Shown one piece after another: positions 62,755 to 64,000 of a stretch of DNA of 64,000 nt. The translations under genes and the position numbers were made by a program. The stretch is from Candidatus Multivoradales bacterium (GTDB taxonomy: Bacteria > Acidobacteriota > Thermoanaerobaculia > Multivoradales > JAHEKO01), in contig CBDCVR010000014.1 in assembly GCA_965223155.1 (NCBI GenBank), positions 256,001 to 320,000 of the forward strand. Reading direction: 5' to 3'. Within the stretch, counting starts at the first letter, position 1. Every line of letters starts with the position of its first letter. The notes under the pieces are model-generated. The model was not told where the DNA came from. It was given only the letters and a program-made list of their open reading frames with translations, and ran no database searches.

Positions 62755-63119
62755 GATCTTCAACCTCTCCAATTCGGCAACACCGGTGTCTTTTCGCGAC
62801 CGGCAACAACGACTCAGCGGATACCGCAGCGATAGCCGTTGTATGACACCGCAACAGGACGGCGAGGAACGTCCAAACGGGCGGGCAAGCCCCGCCCGGC
62901 CGGGTAGGATGACCCGGCTCGTCGGGTCGGTGCCGGCGACGACGACCTGTGCGTTCTCTGCCAGGAAGCGGCAGGCCGCGCGGATTGCAACCCAACCTTG
63001 GCTTCCGATCCGGTTAAGATCCGCCCAAGTGCAGCTTCGTCGCCAACGCCCCTTCCCTTGCCCCGCTCAATGGGAACGCGGGTGGTTGTGCCCGGCGGCC
63101 GCCGGGGTCTCTTCCTCGG

Positions 63120-63332
63120 CTAGAGCCCGCTCTCGCGGTCTGACGTTCTGTCCGGCCTCGACCCGGAAAGCGTCGTGCTGGATTCCTCGTCAAGCGAGGT
63201 CGGCGCACCCACGTGGCAGGAAGCACAGCTCGAAGCCCATTGTTTCGCGAACTCGGGCACGGCCTCCGCCCCCCGCGGCATCGCCAGCGCGATGAGGAGC
63301 AAGAGCAGAGCCGTTGTTAGTGATTTGCGCAT
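63120..63332 (-). pseudogene. Truncated exported CxxCH protein
   Basis: Own RBS (GGAGG) and ATG at 63332, signal peptide, AVPEFAKQWASSCASCH, then a stop after only 70 codons. Confidence 0.55.
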
Positions 63333-63680
63333 CGTTACCCCTCCGTGAGGTTGGTTGTGTCTCAGGTCCGATTTCATGAGCTCCACTGTCGCGGACAGGC
63401 TGTCGTTAAGTCTGAGCAGTACCTGAGGCGACAGCCCGGCACACGACACCTGGCTTGCCAGACTCAAATAGATGGCCATGGCTAGTTCATCCGCCAGGCC
63501 CGGCATGAGCTCCTGTTCGCTTCTCGCTGCGGCCACCTCTTTCGAGAGGACGCCGCGCACGACCTGGCTCAGTTCCCCCAGATCCTCGGGGTTATCGAGC
63601 GGATGGTCGAGACTGCGCACGACCGCGGCCGCGGCGCCAACCACCTCCTTGGTCCAATGATCGAGCTTGCCATCTCGCAT
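63333..63680 (-). CDS. Small hypothetical protein, in frame with the downstream truncated cytochrome gene
   Basis: ATG at 63680 after GAGG and just downstream of a sigma54 promoter; helical, no recognised motif. Confidence 0.45.
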
Positions 63681-63711
63681 ACCGGCCTCGTTCCTCTCGA
63701 ACGGTCATGAG

Positions 63712-63727
63712 AGCAACCGCTGTGCCA
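63712..63727 (-). promoter_or_regulatory. Sigma54 (-24/-12) promoter
   Basis: TGGCACAGCGGTTGCT matches TGGCAC-N5-TTGC exactly. Confidence 0.85.
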
Positions 63728-63816
63728 GTCTTGGGTGTGGCACCGATAATCCACCCTTTTTCAGTGACTTACCATGCCACCAAGCACAATCTCGAATCGG
63801 GGAACGCACGATTACC

Positions 63817-63863
63817 TTGCAAGATTGCAAGAGCTCGCAGTGCAGGCTCTTGCAATCCTGCAA
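63817..63863. promoter_or_regulatory. Tandem palindromic enhancer (bEBP) sites
   Basis: TTGCAAGATTGCAA (63817-63830) and TTGCAATCCTGCAA (63850-63863), 33 bp apart and 90-135 bp upstream of the sigma54 promoter. Confidence 0.7.
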
Positions 63864-63889
63864 GAGCGCCGTCAACCGGAGTCCACGGA

Positions 63890-64000
63890 CTACTTGGGGG
63901 AATCGAGTTCCTTGAGCCGTCGGTACAGAGTCGACGGATCGATCCCCATCCGCCGGGCGGCCTCCTCGCGATTCCCATCGGTCGCCGCCAGCACGCGCGC
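63890..64000 (-). CDS. 3' end of a Fis-HTH (NtrC-like) sigma54 activator gene
   Basis: Manual translation ARVLAATDGNREEAARRMGIDPSTLYRRLKELDSPK*. Confidence 0.85.
   Translation of the reverse strand, partial: ARVLAATDGNREEAARRMGIDPSTLYRRLKELDSPK

Noticed and set aside
62775-63100. FNR/CRP box upstream of the nar operon
   Set aside because: Only weak partial palindromes (e.g. ATGACACCGCAACA); no TTGAT-N4-ATCAA.

Overview
GC-rich bacterial DNA, probably from a diderm. DUF1501/DUF1553 genes, a PD40 fragment and many lipoproteins suggest Acidobacteriota or Planctomycetota, but this is inference only. The left ~38 kb is a biosynthetic gene cluster built around a complete minimal enediyne PKS cassette: unbL/E3, unbV/E4, unbU/E5, pksE (KS-AT-ACP-KR-DH-PPTase), an AraC regulator, thioesterase tebC/E10 and a P450. 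Its accessory arm is atypical: a FeeM-like N-acyl amino acid synthase, VAO/PCMH-type flavoprotein, flavin halogenase, methyltransferase, amidase, diheme cytochrome c, two paralogous unknown lipoproteins, two exported NTF2-fold proteins, a 12-repeat beta-propeller lipoprotein, a VOC protein and a frameshifted Clp ATPase. A 17-bp motif (YRGCAR-N4-GGAGAAG) found by eye precedes six transcription units across the cluster and points to one regulon. The 38-52 kb region is a patchwork of intact genes and remnants (truncated amidohydrolase, plasmid repA fragment, partial hydrolase duplicate). It includes an IS1111-type IS110 element whose right non-coding end contains guide sequences matching its own insertion site, i.e. 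a putative bridge/seek RNA. The right end carries a respiratory nitrate reductase operon (cytochrome c, narGHJI, two narK), a sigma54 promoter with tandem enhancer sites and the 3' end of a Fis-HTH activator gene. All assignments come from motif recognition; no database searches were run.
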